From contig OZ336876.1 in assembly GCA_965287045.1 (NCBI GenBank), positions 37,014,001 to 37,078,000 on the forward strand: a DNA stretch of 64,000 nucleotides, read 5' to 3'. Under the pieces are notes generated by a model. It made no database searches. It had not been told where the DNA came from and saw only the letters and a list, made by a program, of their open reading frames with translations. The translations under genes and the position numbers were made by a program. The DNA comes from Carcharhinus amblyrhynchos (lineage: Eukaryota). Positions 12,205 to 23,752 of this stretch are shown one piece after another. Numbering within the stretch: position 1 is the stretch's first letter; every line of letters begins with the position of its first letter.

Positions 12205-13808
12205 GCTAAAAGGCATAGAAAGTGGGAGATATTTATACTGCAGAGGGAGGGAATGAAAGATGAGTCATAGCCATAGAAACCAGGGCAAAAGACTGCTAAT
12301 AGCTGTCCACAGAGAGAATAAAGGGTGTGAATGCCAAAAGGCAGAGAAGCTGTAAGCTGTGCCAGTTGGAGATGTTGGGGGGGGGTGGGGGGAGCGTGGT
12401 TGGTGAAATAGGACTGAGGTAGAATGTAGAAAAGGGAAAGTGGGAGGGGAAAAAAGTAAGGGAAGGGGGATGAAGTTAGGGGAAAGAGTGGGAGGGGAAG
12501 AAAAATGAAGGAAGGCAATAAAGAAATAAACAATAGAGAACAGTAAAAAATTAATTAAAATAGAATGAAAACAAAAAGGTCAAGGTGGGGTAGAGCAAAT
12601 CATCTGAAGTTGTTGAATTCAATGTTGAGACCAGAAGGCTGTAAAGCGCCTAGCCGGAAGATGAGATGCTGTTCCTCCAGTTTGCGTTGAGCTTCACTGG
12701 AACATTGCAGCAGGCTAAGGACAGACATGTAGGCAAGGGAGCAGGATCGTGTGCTGAAATGGCAAGCAATGGGAAGGTCGGGGTCCTGATTGCGCACAGA
12801 CCGAAGGTGCTCAGTAAAGCAATCACCCAGTCTACGCTTGGTCTCCCTGATATTGAGGAGACCACATTGGGAACAGTGAATACAATACACCAAATTGAAA
12901 GAGGTGTAAGTGAAATGCTGCTTAACCTGGAATGAATGTTTTGGACCTTGGATGGTGAGCTTAGAAGAGGTAACGAGACAGGTAATATGCCTTCTGCGAT
13001 TGCATAGGAAGGTGCTATGAGTGTCGGGAGAGGTGTTGGGTATAGTGGAAGAGTGGACTAGGTTATCCCAGAGGGAATAGTCTCTGTGGAGACCATTGAC
13101 AGAGGGAGTGAAGGGAAGATGTGTTTGGTGATGGCATCATGCTGGATTGGCAAAAATGTCAGAGGATTATGCTTTGCATGCGGAGGCTGGGGGTGTGAAA
13201 TGTGAGAACAAGGGGGACTCTATCTTTGTTTTGGGAGAGAGGTGGGGGCGATGGAGATCTCTCTATGCCTCCATCCACACCAGGGCAGCCTGAGAGCTCT
13301 TCTTGAAAAGAGGCCTGAACAAATACCATCCACCATCACTCTCATCTGCCTGGCTGAACTTGTTCTGTCTCTCAACAATTTCTCCTTTAACTCATCCCAC
13401 TTTCTCCAAATCAAGGGAATAGCAATGGGTACCCGCATGGGTCCCAACTACGCTTGTCCTTTTATGGGATATGTGAAACATTCCTTGTTCCAGGCCCCCT
13501 CCCACAACTCCTTTACTGGTACATCAATTGCTATTTTGGTGCTGCTTCATGCTCTCGTCCAGACCTCAAAAAATTCATCAACTTCGCTTCCAGTTTCCAC
13601 CCCTCCATCACCTTCATTTGGTCCATCTCAGACACTTCCCTTCTCTTCCTTGACTTTTCTATCTCCATTTCCAGCAGTAGACTATCTACCAGTATCCATT
13701 ACAAGCCCACTGACTCCCACAGCTATATGGACTACAGCTGTTCACACCCCATATCCTGTAGGGATTTCATCCCTACCGGATCCCTATTGGAGTAAGGACT
13801 CCATACCC

Positions 13809-14140
13809 GGCAGCACGGTAGCATAGTGGTTAGCACTGCTGCTTCACAGGTCCAGGGACCTGGGGTCGATTCTCAGCTTGGGTCACTGTCTGTGTGGAGT
13901 TTGCACATTCTCCTCATGTCTGCATGGGTTTCCTCCGGGTGCTCCAGTTTCCTCCCACAGTCCAAAGATGTGTGGTTGGGTTGATTGGCAATGCTAAAAT
14001 TGCCTCTTAGTATCCTGAGATAGGAAAGTTAGACGGATTACAGAGTAAATGGGGGTAGGGCCTGGGTGAGATTCTGGCCAGTGCAGACTTGATAGCCAAA
14101 TGGCCTCTTTCTGCACTGTAGGATTTCTATGATTCTATGA
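13809..14140 (+). mobile_element. HE1-like SINE inserted in the Penelope element
   Basis: ggcagcacggtagcatagtggttagcac head and (ttctatga)n tail; the Penelope frame resumes at 14140. Confidence 0.9.
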
Positions 14141-15455
14141 TTCTCTCAGCTCCTTCACTTCTGTCGCATTTGTTCTGATGATGCCACTTTCCAAAGTTGT
14201 GCTTCTAACACATGCTCCTTTTTCCTCAACTGTGGATTCCCATCTACATTTGTTGACACAGCCCTCAATAGCGTGCCGTCCATCTCCAGCGCCACGACCC
14301 CCAAACCCCCCTCCTTCCCAGAACAAAGATAGAGTGCCCCTTGTTCTCACATTTCACACTCCCGGCCTCTGCATGCAAAGCATAATTCTCCGCCATTTTC
14401 GCCAACTCCAGCACAATGCCACCACCAAACACATGTTCCCTTCACCCCCTCTGTCAGCATTCCACAGAGGCCGTTTCCTCTCGTCCACTACTCCACTATA
14501 CCCAGTACCACTCCCGTCACTCATGGCACCTTCCTATGCAATCGCAGAAGGTGTAATACCTGTCCCATTATCTCTTCTAAACTTATCATCTAAGGTCCAA
14601 AACATTCATTCCAGGTTAAGCAGCGTTTCATTTGCACCTCTTTCAAGCTGGTAAATTGCATTCGCTACTCCCAATGTAGTCTCCTCTATATCGGAGAGAC
14701 CAAGCATAGACTGGGTGAACGTTTTGCTGAGCACCTTAGGTTTGTGCACAATCAGGACCCTGACCTTCTGGTTGCTTGCCATTTTAACACACGATCCTGC
14801 TCCCGTGCCCACATGTCTGTCCTTGGCCTGCTGCAATGTTCCAGTGAGGCGCAACACAAACTGAAGGAACAGCATCTTATCTTCTGGCTAAGTGCTTTAC
14901 AGCCTTCTGGTCTCAACATTGAATTCAACAACTTCAGATGATTTGCTCTACTCCATCTTGACCCTTTTGTTTTCATTCTTTTTTTTACTGTTCTCTACTT
15001 TTTATTTCTTTATTGTCTTTCTTCATTTTTCTTCTCCCAGTCTTGCCCCCACCTCATCCCTCTTCCCTTATCTTTTCTTTCTGTCCTGCTTCCCCTTTTC
15101 TACATTCTACCTCTGTCCCACTTCACCCTCCTCACCCCCAACATCTTCATCTGGCACATCTTACAGCTTCTCTGCTGTTTGGCCATTCACATCCTTTATT
15201 CTCTCTGTGGACAGCTATTAGCAGTCTTTTCCCCTGGTTTCTGTGGCTATAAATCATCTTTCATTCCCTCCCTCTGCACTATAAATATCTCCCACTTTCT
15301 ATGCCTTTTAGCTTTGACAAAGGGTCATCGGGATTCAAAATGTCAGCTCTTTTCCCTCCTTACATATGCCACCAGACCTGCTAAGACTTTCCAGCATATT
15401 CCCTTTTGGTTTCAGATTCCAGCTGTTGCTGTAATTTGCTTTTATATAAAAAAGG

Positions 15456-15900
15456 GAAATTGAGAAAACTCACTGACCAACCAGTTGCTAAGGACACTAA
15501 AACTGGTGCTGAAATTGATGCTGAAATTGAAAACTTCTGGGTGAAACTATATAAAAGGATACAAAGTTCCAATGTAGATGGAAGAAGCTAGATCCAGAAG
15601 TTCAGGATAAGCAGAGATGTAGTTTCTACAGCTGTATCCATTACTTGAAGCTAGCATTGGTGGATTTATGCCATCCAGATCGTCCAAAGCAGAATTATTT
15701 TGGTGTAGATGGTCTCTATGGAATGCAGGTTGTTTGTTCACTGCTGTTAACTGTGGATAGAGTTAAATCTTTAAAGAGAGAAGCTGAAATTCTTCATGAG
15801 GAAGACAACATTCTGAATGACATTGTAACTAAGATTGATGTTATTTATGCTGAATGAACTCCTGAACTAATTGACATGATCTGTCCTAATTGTATCTGCC
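15456..15900 (+). pseudogene. Possible hAT-type transposase C-terminal relic
   Basis: ENFWVKL..QLYPLL(frameshift)KLALVDL resembles the FW..YP.L.KLA pattern of the hAT dimerisation domain; contains stops. Confidence 0.3.
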
Positions 15901-15969
15901 GTTTAATCTATCACTGTTCACTAGTTGACTCATGTTTAATTTATGTTGATTCTGGGTTTTAGAATATAA

Positions 15970-16079
15970 GGGGGCAATAACCAAGGTGAGAAAATCCCAC
16001 CCATTGTCAATGGACATTACATGGTCTGTGCCCTGCCCGCTACAATTCCCGTGGTGGATGGGATGGTAAAATTCTGCCC
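15970..16079 (+). mobile_element. ~110-bp GC-TIR MITE
   Basis: gaaaatcccaccc..gtcaatggac..cccgctacaattcccgtgg..aaaattctgccc; homologous to 18002-18095 (inverted) and 61771-61881. Confidence 0.7.
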
Positions 16080-16509
16080 AATGTGTTTGCTTTGTCTGCC
16101 TCTTGTATAGTAAAAATTCTTTTGTTTAAACATGGAATTGCGTGGCTTCAATCTTCCAGTAAATAATTGCGATTTCCTTTCTTTAACAAGTTAATAGACT
16201 CAACTAAGATCATAACACCAACAACATTGCTGGGAAGAGAAAAACGTTGACGTACCAACTCTGCAGCCTTATCAGTGATCATGTTTCTGATCTGGCCTTT
16301 AAAAGTGCCTCTATGGGGTTGGAAGGATTCTGGAGGCACAAGTTTAGGTATGTAGAGGCAAGGTTTTAGACTGCACATCTATAGGGTTTTTCATCACTAT
16401 TATAATACAGCTGATGCACAACATTTCAGGATTTTTCCAAACGGAGTGGCACTATCTTTACCTCCCCATACTCCCTCAGCTCCCGTTACCACCTGTGTCC
16501 AGAAAAACA

Positions 16510-17226
16510 TGATGTGGAGATGCCAGCGTTGGACTGGGGTAAACATAGTAAGAAGTCTCACAACACCAGGTTAAAGTCCAACAGGTTTATTTGGTAGCAA
16601 AAGCCACTAGTTTTCGGAGCACTGCTCCTTTGTCAGGCAAGTGGGAGTTCTGTTCACAAACAGGGCATATGAAGACACAAACTCAATTTACAAAATAAAG
16701 GTTGGAATGCAAGTCTTTACAGGTAATCAAATCTCAAAGGCACAGGCAATGTGAGTGGAGAGAGTGTTAAGCAGAAGCTAAAGAGATGTGTATTGTCTCC
16801 AGCCAGGACAGTTAGTGAGATTTTGCAAACCTAGGCAAGTCGTGGGGATTACAGATAGTGTGACATGAACCCAAGATCCTGGTTGAGGCTGCCCTCATGT
16901 GTGCAGAACTTGGCTAGCTGTAACCCCCATGACTTGCCTGGGCTTGCAAAATCTCACTAACTGTTCTGTCTGAAGACAATAAACATCTACTTAACCTGTA
17001 CTTAATGCTCTCTTCACTCATATTGTCTGTACCTTTAAGATTTGATTACCAGTAAAGAATCGCATTCCAACCATTATTTTGTAAATTGAGTTTGTGTCTT
17101 TATATGCTCTGTTTGTGAACAGAACTCCCACTTACCTGACAAAGGAGCAGCACTCCGAAAAGTAATGGCTTTTGCTACCAAATAAACCTGTTGGACTTTA
17201 ACCTGGTGTTGTGAGACTTCTTACTT
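16510..17226. mobile_element. Second Penelope-like family: palindromic insertion of terminal repeats
   Basis: Inverted arms 16548-16854 and 16918-17224; extra ~38-nt tail on the left arm; 10-bp TSD cagaaaaaca (16500-16509, 17227-17236); hammerhead-like motif in each arm. Confidence 0.88.
17135..17172 (+). ncRNA. Degenerate minimal hammerhead ribozyme motif
   Basis: ctgacaa-a-ggag-cagca-ctcc-gaaa; mirror copy at 16611-16637 (-). Confidence 0.6.
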
Positions 17227-18001
17227 CAGAAAAACAGGCAGCCTTCAGTCAAATTGTCAACTCCTCATCGCTGGCATGAGCCCAAGATACACCTTTTGGC
17301 ACACATATAACTTCTTTGGCAATTATACAATTATACTTCCCTGATGTTAGCAAATTCTAATTGTACTAGTGCCACACATTACTGACAGACACAAGGTCAC
17401 ACGTTTACCAAGGTCCCAGGCAATGAAGGCACACTTAACTTGGAAAATGGATTGTACTATTACTATCAGTATTGATAAGTTTCAAAGAGGAACATTACTC
17501 TAGATTCACCATTTAAGAAGGCATTATAACTTTTAGTATGGGATGTCTACTTCCCTGTAAAAACTGGAATGTAATTGGAAGGTTCCATCTGTACTAAGCT
17601 GCAGCAGTTATGTCATTTCAGTGTATTTCAGAATCTATTTCTGGGAACAAATAATGTTTCTTAAAGCAGTACCAGTTATAAACATGGATTTTGTCAGAAC
17701 CAAAACGTGGGTCTGCCAAAAGGCTTTATTTGCAGACAATATGCTTGCATTGGATCCATTTGCTAATAATCAGTAGGTGTCAAGAATGTGTAGAAAATGT
17801 TTCCAGATAAATAAAGTTCTAAATAAAATTGCCAACCAGAAACTGTGGCATTGATTTTTGACAAGGTAACACTTTCTTCTAACAGAAACAGAAGATTTAG
17901 TAACCCCTGAATGATCCACTCGTATCTCTTCAGTCATTCTTTCACATAGGATACTTCCGTCCACTAACTCACTCCCAGAAAAAAAAATGTGTTTAGTTAA
18001 T

Positions 18002-18095
18002 GACTGGAATTTTCCTGTCCTGCCTGCCATGGGAATTGTAGCGGGCAGGGGGGATTTTCCGGTTTTGGGACGAGCGCAGCCAGAAATTCCAGCCC
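18002..18095 (-). mobile_element. GC-TIR MITE, internal deletion derivative
   Basis: TIRs gactggaatttt / gaaattccagccc; both halves match 16028-16079 and 62478-62526. Confidence 0.75.
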
Positions 18096-18129
18096 AATAT
18101 GTTTGTGACTGATCATCCAAGTTTGAATA

Positions 18130-18400
18130 AATTGTAATAACACTTTATATTTCCTCTCCAGGTGTTTTGCTATGACATCTGGTTACCCACCTGATTTCTA
18201 AATTAACTGACAGAGGGGAGGGCGTTACTTTTTCAATCAACGCCCTCCCCCCATAATTTTGAATACCTCTATCAGGTCTTTCCTTAATCTTCTTTGTTCT
18301 TTGGAGGACAATTCCAGCTTGTCCAATTTCTCCACTTAACTGAATTCACTTTGCCTAGCTTTGTCCTCCAGTTCCAACTGCAGCTACACCCCATCCCACC
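18130..18400 (-). mobile_element. CR1 3' ORF2 relic
   Basis: Minus strand EKLDKLELSSKEQRRLRKDL resembles ERLDKLGLFSLEQRRLRGDL. Confidence 0.6.
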
Positions 18401-18469
18401 CCCTTCCTCACCCAACAACCGGGTTCCACCTAGAGGTACAAGGCCGACAATGTGCGCTGGTTCACATCT

Positions 18470-18636
18470 GCTGTGTGTGTGTAAGAAAGAGTGTGAGTGT
18501 GTGTGTGAGTGTGTGAGCGTGAGGGAGTGCAAGTGTGTGTGAGAGAATGAGCTTGTGTGTGTGTGTGAGAGAGTGTGTGTGTGCATGCACCATGAGAGTA
18601 AGTGTGTGTGAGAATGTGTGTGAGTGTGTGCATGTG
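18470..18636. repeat. Imperfect (TG)n/(GA) microsatellite
   Basis: Direct inspection. Confidence 0.95.
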
Positions 18637-18925
18637 GGCATCTTTTTCGTTCTTAATTGCCCCACCAATAATTTCACCATCATTATATCTTATATACTTT
18701 ATGGGAGATATTTTATTCCCTTTTATGTTATTCACTCACTGTTTCTTAGATTCTTCCTCTGCGCTTTTTATATCCTTCTTCCATTTTCTTTCATGCTCAA
18801 TATTCTGTCTACTTTCTACTATATTCTGCATATTTTCTTTATTTTAATCTCTATTCCCTTTGTCAACCAGAAAATTCTAGCCTCAGATGCTTTACTTTTC
18901 CCTCTTTGTGCTTCTTTCTGTCAAC

Positions 18926-19052
18926 CAGAGAACCTGGCGAAAACACACACAGACACAGGGAGAGTGTGCAAATTCGACACACAGACACCCAGACTAGAAT
19001 TAAACTGGGTCCCTGGCTCTGGGACAGCAGTACCAACCATTGCACTGCCATG
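18926..19052 (-). mobile_element. HE1-like SINE 5' fragment
   Basis: gagaacctggcgaaaacacacacagacacagggagagtgtgcaaa plus the tRNA-like head. Confidence 0.7.
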
Positions 19053-19059
19053 CCATCTG

Positions 19060-20330
19060 CTTATGTTTGGCTTGTACCAAAACCATCCCCATCTGAAAAC
19101 CTGCCATTCGTTGTTCATTTGCTGTTTTCTTGACCAATCTTTGATTTCCAGTCCACCTGTGATATATCCCTTCATAAAGTACTGAAGTTGTCTCTCTTAC
19201 TGTTAGGTACTTTCCCCTTTGACTCTTCATTTGCTTTCCATAACTATTTAAATCTAATTATATATAATCTTCATGACCCAGATATTCTCGCTCTGAAACA
19301 CTATTTGCTGCACCTCATTCTTTAGAACTAGAGTCAGCACTACCTCCTTCTCATTAGGCTAGACATCCACTGATTAGATAAGTTACCCTGTACATATTTC
19401 AGGAATTTTTCACCCTGTTGTATTTTTTCTCACCTATATTAGGATAATTGAAGTTCTGAAATTACGACTATTATTTTTACATTTCACTGAAATTTGCCTG
19501 CAGCTTTGTTCCTTTATCTCCTTCTCACTTTTTGAAGGTTATGGTAAACACACAGGAATGTAATAGCCTCTCTTCTATTCCATAATGAAAAACAATGTGA
19601 TTCAATCTTTGAAAACTCTAGTATATCATCCCTGTGTGGAACTGTAATAATACCCTTGATCAATACTGCCACCTGCGCTCCTTTATTTTATCACTCCCTA
19701 TCTTTCCTGAATGCATTGTAGCGAGGAATGTTTAAATCCCATCCTTGCCCATGTTTAAACCAGGTCTCATTTCAGCCACATGTGATAGCTACACCGACAG
19801 CTGGCCAATCTTATTTATATCCTTGTATTCCAACATGATTGTGAGCTATATTTTCATTTTTCTACTTAATTTTATTTAATGTGTTGTATTAGTACTCTAG
19901 TATTCAATGCTCATTGCTCCTCCTCCTTCCTGCTATGTTATATTTCCTCTACCCCTGCAAATTAGCTTGGATATTCATTACGTTGATGTCAGGGAGGGAT
20001 GCATCATTTGCGATTCAGGTCTACAATTGAGGAAATGTCTGTCTATCCCCCTGACTGTCAGATCTCCAAAAGCAACTGCATACCTACAGCCTCCTGTGAG
20101 CTTCTGTGCAGTGGAATTTCCCAAGTTGCCATTACTTGCTTTCTGATAGCACTCCCTCAAGGTATCATTACTCTCACTGCTCTTCAACATTCAATATCAG
20201 TTTATACAAAGATTCTTATGTTGTCCGCATGTTCCTCCTTCGTCTGCCTGATGGTTGCTCATTGCGTCTCCTGCAGATCACTCACTGCAGCACATGAAAC
20301 ATGCTGTTCACCAAACCCCTAGCTTCCCAT
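19060..20330 (-). mobile_element. Old CR1 relic (ORF1 esterase and start of ORF2)
   Basis: AVAFGDLTVRGIDRHF resembles the VIGDSIVRGTDRRF SGNH-esterase motif of CR1 ORF1 (compare 47830-47890). Confidence 0.6.
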
Positions 20331-20427
20331 ATGTATTATAGTGACACCAATCTTCCCGCAGCCCTGACGCCCTGAGCTTGAGAATCGTTAGCACTTTCAG
20401 CATACATGCTTTTCCAGGACACACAAA

Positions 20428-20552
20428 AGCCAGAGTTTTCTGGTCTCGTACACCCTGCCTCCACTGCCAGTGAGAACAGAGAATTTGGCACTCAGCCAAA
20501 TCTCCATTCACTGGAGAATCCCAGCCACGGGTGAGATTGGAGAATCCCAGCC
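20428..20552 (-). mobile_element. GC-TIR MITE, inverted homologue of 25149-25284
   Basis: gaatttggcactcagccaaatctccattcactg is the reverse-complement match of 25200-25232; flanked by aaa/aaa. Confidence 0.75.
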
Positions 20553-21037
20553 AAAGTGCTTCAGAGTTCCCACAGGGCACTGCATGTGTATGTAATAGGT
20601 CTCAACTACCCTGTTAAGATAGTTAATAGTTATTTAATATTGTTTGTTTAGCTTTGCTGCCTTTTCATTTATGCCCATGTAACCAACTGTTCCTTTGGCC
20701 TCTTACAATGCCCCTTGATTCACAAATACTGTGACTCAGCTGGTCAAGCTATTTAAACGTTTTAATGACGATCAGGAAGATATTGTTTTCCATATTTTGG
20801 CACAATGGATTAATTCGTAGCATTCTGATATCTGATTATCGCAGAAACTGAGAAACTCTGCTGAATGAACTTTTTTACCTGGATGTTCTTCACTCTCATT
20901 AGCATTAATAGTTTAACAAGGCAAACGTTTCCCAATTAACAAGGAGAAAGGTATTCAGGGCAAAATCATTACACCATCCAGTATATTTTAAAAATTAAAT
21001 GATGCTTCCTTTTAGACACATCTTTATAAATTATGAT

Positions 21038-21222
21038 AAAATAAAGTTTATATATTAATCACAAGTAAGGCTTACATTAACACTGCAATGAAATTCCCCC
21101 AGACACCACACTCCGGCACCTGTTTGAGAGAACGTACCTAACCAGCGTGTCTTTCAGAATGTGGGAGGAAACCGGAGCACTCAGTGGAAATCCACACAGG
21201 CATGGGGAGAATGTGCAAACCC
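21038..21222 (-). mobile_element. SINE with alternative (non-CR1) 3' tail
   Basis: HE1-like core joined to a tcacaagtaaggcttacattaacactgcaatgaa tail, as at 22810-22866 and 41998-42060. Confidence 0.8.
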
Positions 21223-21401
21223 ATGGGTCATATTCCATTATTTGTATTTTATATCACATTTATCCTCAACTTAGCTCCTTGGGGAGGCCTTTCTACCTTC
21301 TATCTAAATATAACAGTACACTTTTTCAGATTTTAACATATTGATAAGATTACACTCAAACATATAAATAGATTCTTCCTACACGGGTCTCAATTTTATT
21401 T

Positions 21402-21812
21402 CAGTGATGGTGCACTTGTCTCTCAATCAGAAGGCTTTTCTTCAAGCTCGATAGATGTGTCAGCTTTTAAACCAGAATGACGCTTAGTGCAGTACTGATG
21501 GAGTCCCGCACTAATGCCAATGCGGCCTTTCAAATAAAAAGTTAAACTGAGGGCCTGTCAGCCTACTCAGATGTGCAGAGAAGATCCCATAGTAGTAGAC
21601 TTGTCCTGACCCCTCAATCAACAGCACCAAAAACAGATTAATTATATTGTAATATCTCTTTGATGTCTCTAGGAGCTTGCTGTTCAAAATCTGGCTGTCG
21701 CTTTCACCTGCAAAACAACTGCGACTACACTTCAAAATGACAAGCCTGTATATTGTCTTGGGAAATAATGATTATAAAGTGAATGGCAATTTATAAATGA
21801 AACCTCTTTTAT
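21402..21812 (+). mobile_element. Deu-domain SINE (SacSINE1/AmnSINE1-like)
   Basis: cagtactgatggagt..gttaaactgagggcc..aagatccca..aaaacagatta..gactacacttcaaaa follows the Deu-domain layout as I recall it. Confidence 0.75.
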
Positions 21813-22097
21813 TTTTTCTTTATTGCAGGCTTTTTACATTAACAGTGACAAGGAGGGTAATTTGCTGCCACTTATAAGCCATCCATACCTCACACCCATC
21901 CTCTTGGGATAATTTTATTCACCTTTTATAGAAGAGTTTGCAATGTAATTTGATGAAAATTCTTATCTGGATTCTTGCAGCATCACTGTGCAAACTTTTA
22001 ATGAAAACATGCAAACAATGTTCTGATTAAAACGTTAGGCTGTCATAACAAAATGGAATTATGAATATTGGAAATTTCAAATGAAAACAAAGCTATG

Positions 22098-22460
22098 AGC
22101 AGCACAGTGGCACACTGGTTACCACAATTGCCTCATAGAGACAGGGACCCAGGTTCAATTCCAGCTTTGGCTGACTGCCTGTGTGGAGTTTACATATTCT
22201 CCCCGTATTTGTGTGGGTTTCCTCCAGATGCTGTGGTTTCCTCCCACAATCCACAGATGCGCAGGTTTGGTGGATTGGCTATGTTAAATTGCCCTTTACT
22301 GTTCCAAGATGTGTAGGTTAGATGGATTAGCCATGATAAATGTATGAAGATAGGGTGGGGGAAAGGGCCTGGGTAAGGTGCTGTTTCAGAGAGAGTTAAT
22401 GTAGATTCAATGGGTCCAATGGCCTCCTTCTGTACTGTAGGGATTGTGTGAATTTTATGA
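22098..22460 (+). mobile_element. HE1-like SINE (CR1-type tail)
   Basis: A/B-box head, central domain, ggcctccttctgtactgtaggga tail. Confidence 0.88.
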
Positions 22461-22578
22461 ATACAAAGCAACATCTAAGAGAAGAATATAGGTTCCAGGT
22501 GTGATCTTTCATAAGAACAACCTAATTATTACTAGGGTTTCATCTATGAACACTAAGTTCCTTACACAAATGCTAACT

Positions 22579-22866
22579 GGGCACAGTAGTTAGCACTGCT
22601 GCCTCACAGTGCCAGGGTACCTGGGTTCGATTCCTGGCTTGGGTTACTGACTGTGTGGAGTCTGCACTGTTCTCCCCGTATCTGCAAGGATTTCCTCTGG
22701 GTGCTCCGGTTTCCTCCTACAATCAGAAAGATATGTTGGTTAGGTGCATTGGCCACGCTAAATTCTCCTTCCGTGTACCGAAACAGGCTCTGGAGTGTGA
22801 CAACCAGAGAATTTTCACAGTAACTTCATTGGAGTGTTAACATAAGCCTTTTTGTAACACTAATAA
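22579..22866 (+). mobile_element. SINE with HE1-like head and alternative 3' tail
   Basis: Head and core as HE1; tail attttcacagtaacttcatt..tgtaacactaataaa. Confidence 0.85.
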
Positions 22867-23752
22867 AAAAAATCTTTAAACTTCAATTGACTTGCTAGTG
22901 TAAATCAATACAATAGTCAGTGACAAACATTAATTGGATGACCAGTTAAACAGAAGGAATGTTCTACCTCAAGGCTAGGCCACAGACTTTTGCTAGCTGC
23001 TGATCCCAATGGCACTTGCAGTATTTCATTTCCCAAAGACAAAGAGGACATTCAAAATATTCAAATCTGAAGTCAGATGAATTAAAATGTTAGTTGTTGT
23101 GGTGTTGACAGTGCACCCATATGCCAGGACCACATGATTAGTGCATATATTTCAATATCCACAGATTTAATAAATCTTTGATATGAAACAGTCAGTCCAT
23201 TGCAAAATATTGGGAATATGGTCCTAATTATGAAAACACACTTCCTATTAGTGATCACTCCTGCTCCCTCTCTGTCATCCATGGGGAAATCATTTCAATT
23301 TTTGGCGATAATGTCAAACAGTTGATATTGAGTTGGATACCTGATGGACACTTCTCCTCATTTTCATTTGAATGAAAAGCAAAATTGGGAGAGGTTAATA
23401 ATGCTGGCCAATCCAATCATCAACTGTATTATACGCTATCACCAGATGTTAAAATTATCCCCGTGCATTCTGGAAAGAGACTTTTAGCGTAAGTGAAAAA
23501 ACACACACAGGCATAAGTAAAAGCAATCCCTGATATAGCTGATATTATGGTGGTGATAGGGGAACCACAATTGACATTGTGCAAGGGAGGAGAAAAGATC
23601 AGCCAGAATTCTGATTGCTGTCTGCTATCAAGTGCAGTTATAATAAGCAGCCTCAGTTGTGATACCCCTCATACCTTGGGAATGTTCGCTGAGGTGATGA
23701 ACTTTGAACTTTGAATTTAGGGGATGCTGGAGATGGGAAAGAAAAATGAGGG

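Larger units (their letters stand above)
12106..15445. mobile_element. Penelope-like retroelement with inverted architecture: minus arm 12106-~13246, plus arm ~13247-15445
   Basis: RT motifs LSLNNFSFNSSHFLQIKGIAMGTRMGPNYA. GIY-YIG-type VYCIHCSQCGLL(Y)IGETKRRLG..EHLRSV is present in both arms. 10-bp TSD ataaaaaagg at 12096-12105 and 15446-15455. Confidence 0.92.

Noticed and set aside
12600-12893. Free-standing GIY-YIG homing endonuclease or bacterial contaminant
   Set aside because: Embedded in a Penelope element with RT motifs, terminal repeats and a TSD.
18215-18250. 12-bp GC hairpin as a terminator or RNA gene
   Set aside because: It lies inside a CR1 relic in a eukaryote with no supporting context; at most another small fold-back.
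18284-19185. His/Thr- and Cys/Val-rich ORFs
   Set aside because: Translations of the (TG)n microsatellite, low-complexity DNA and a SINE.
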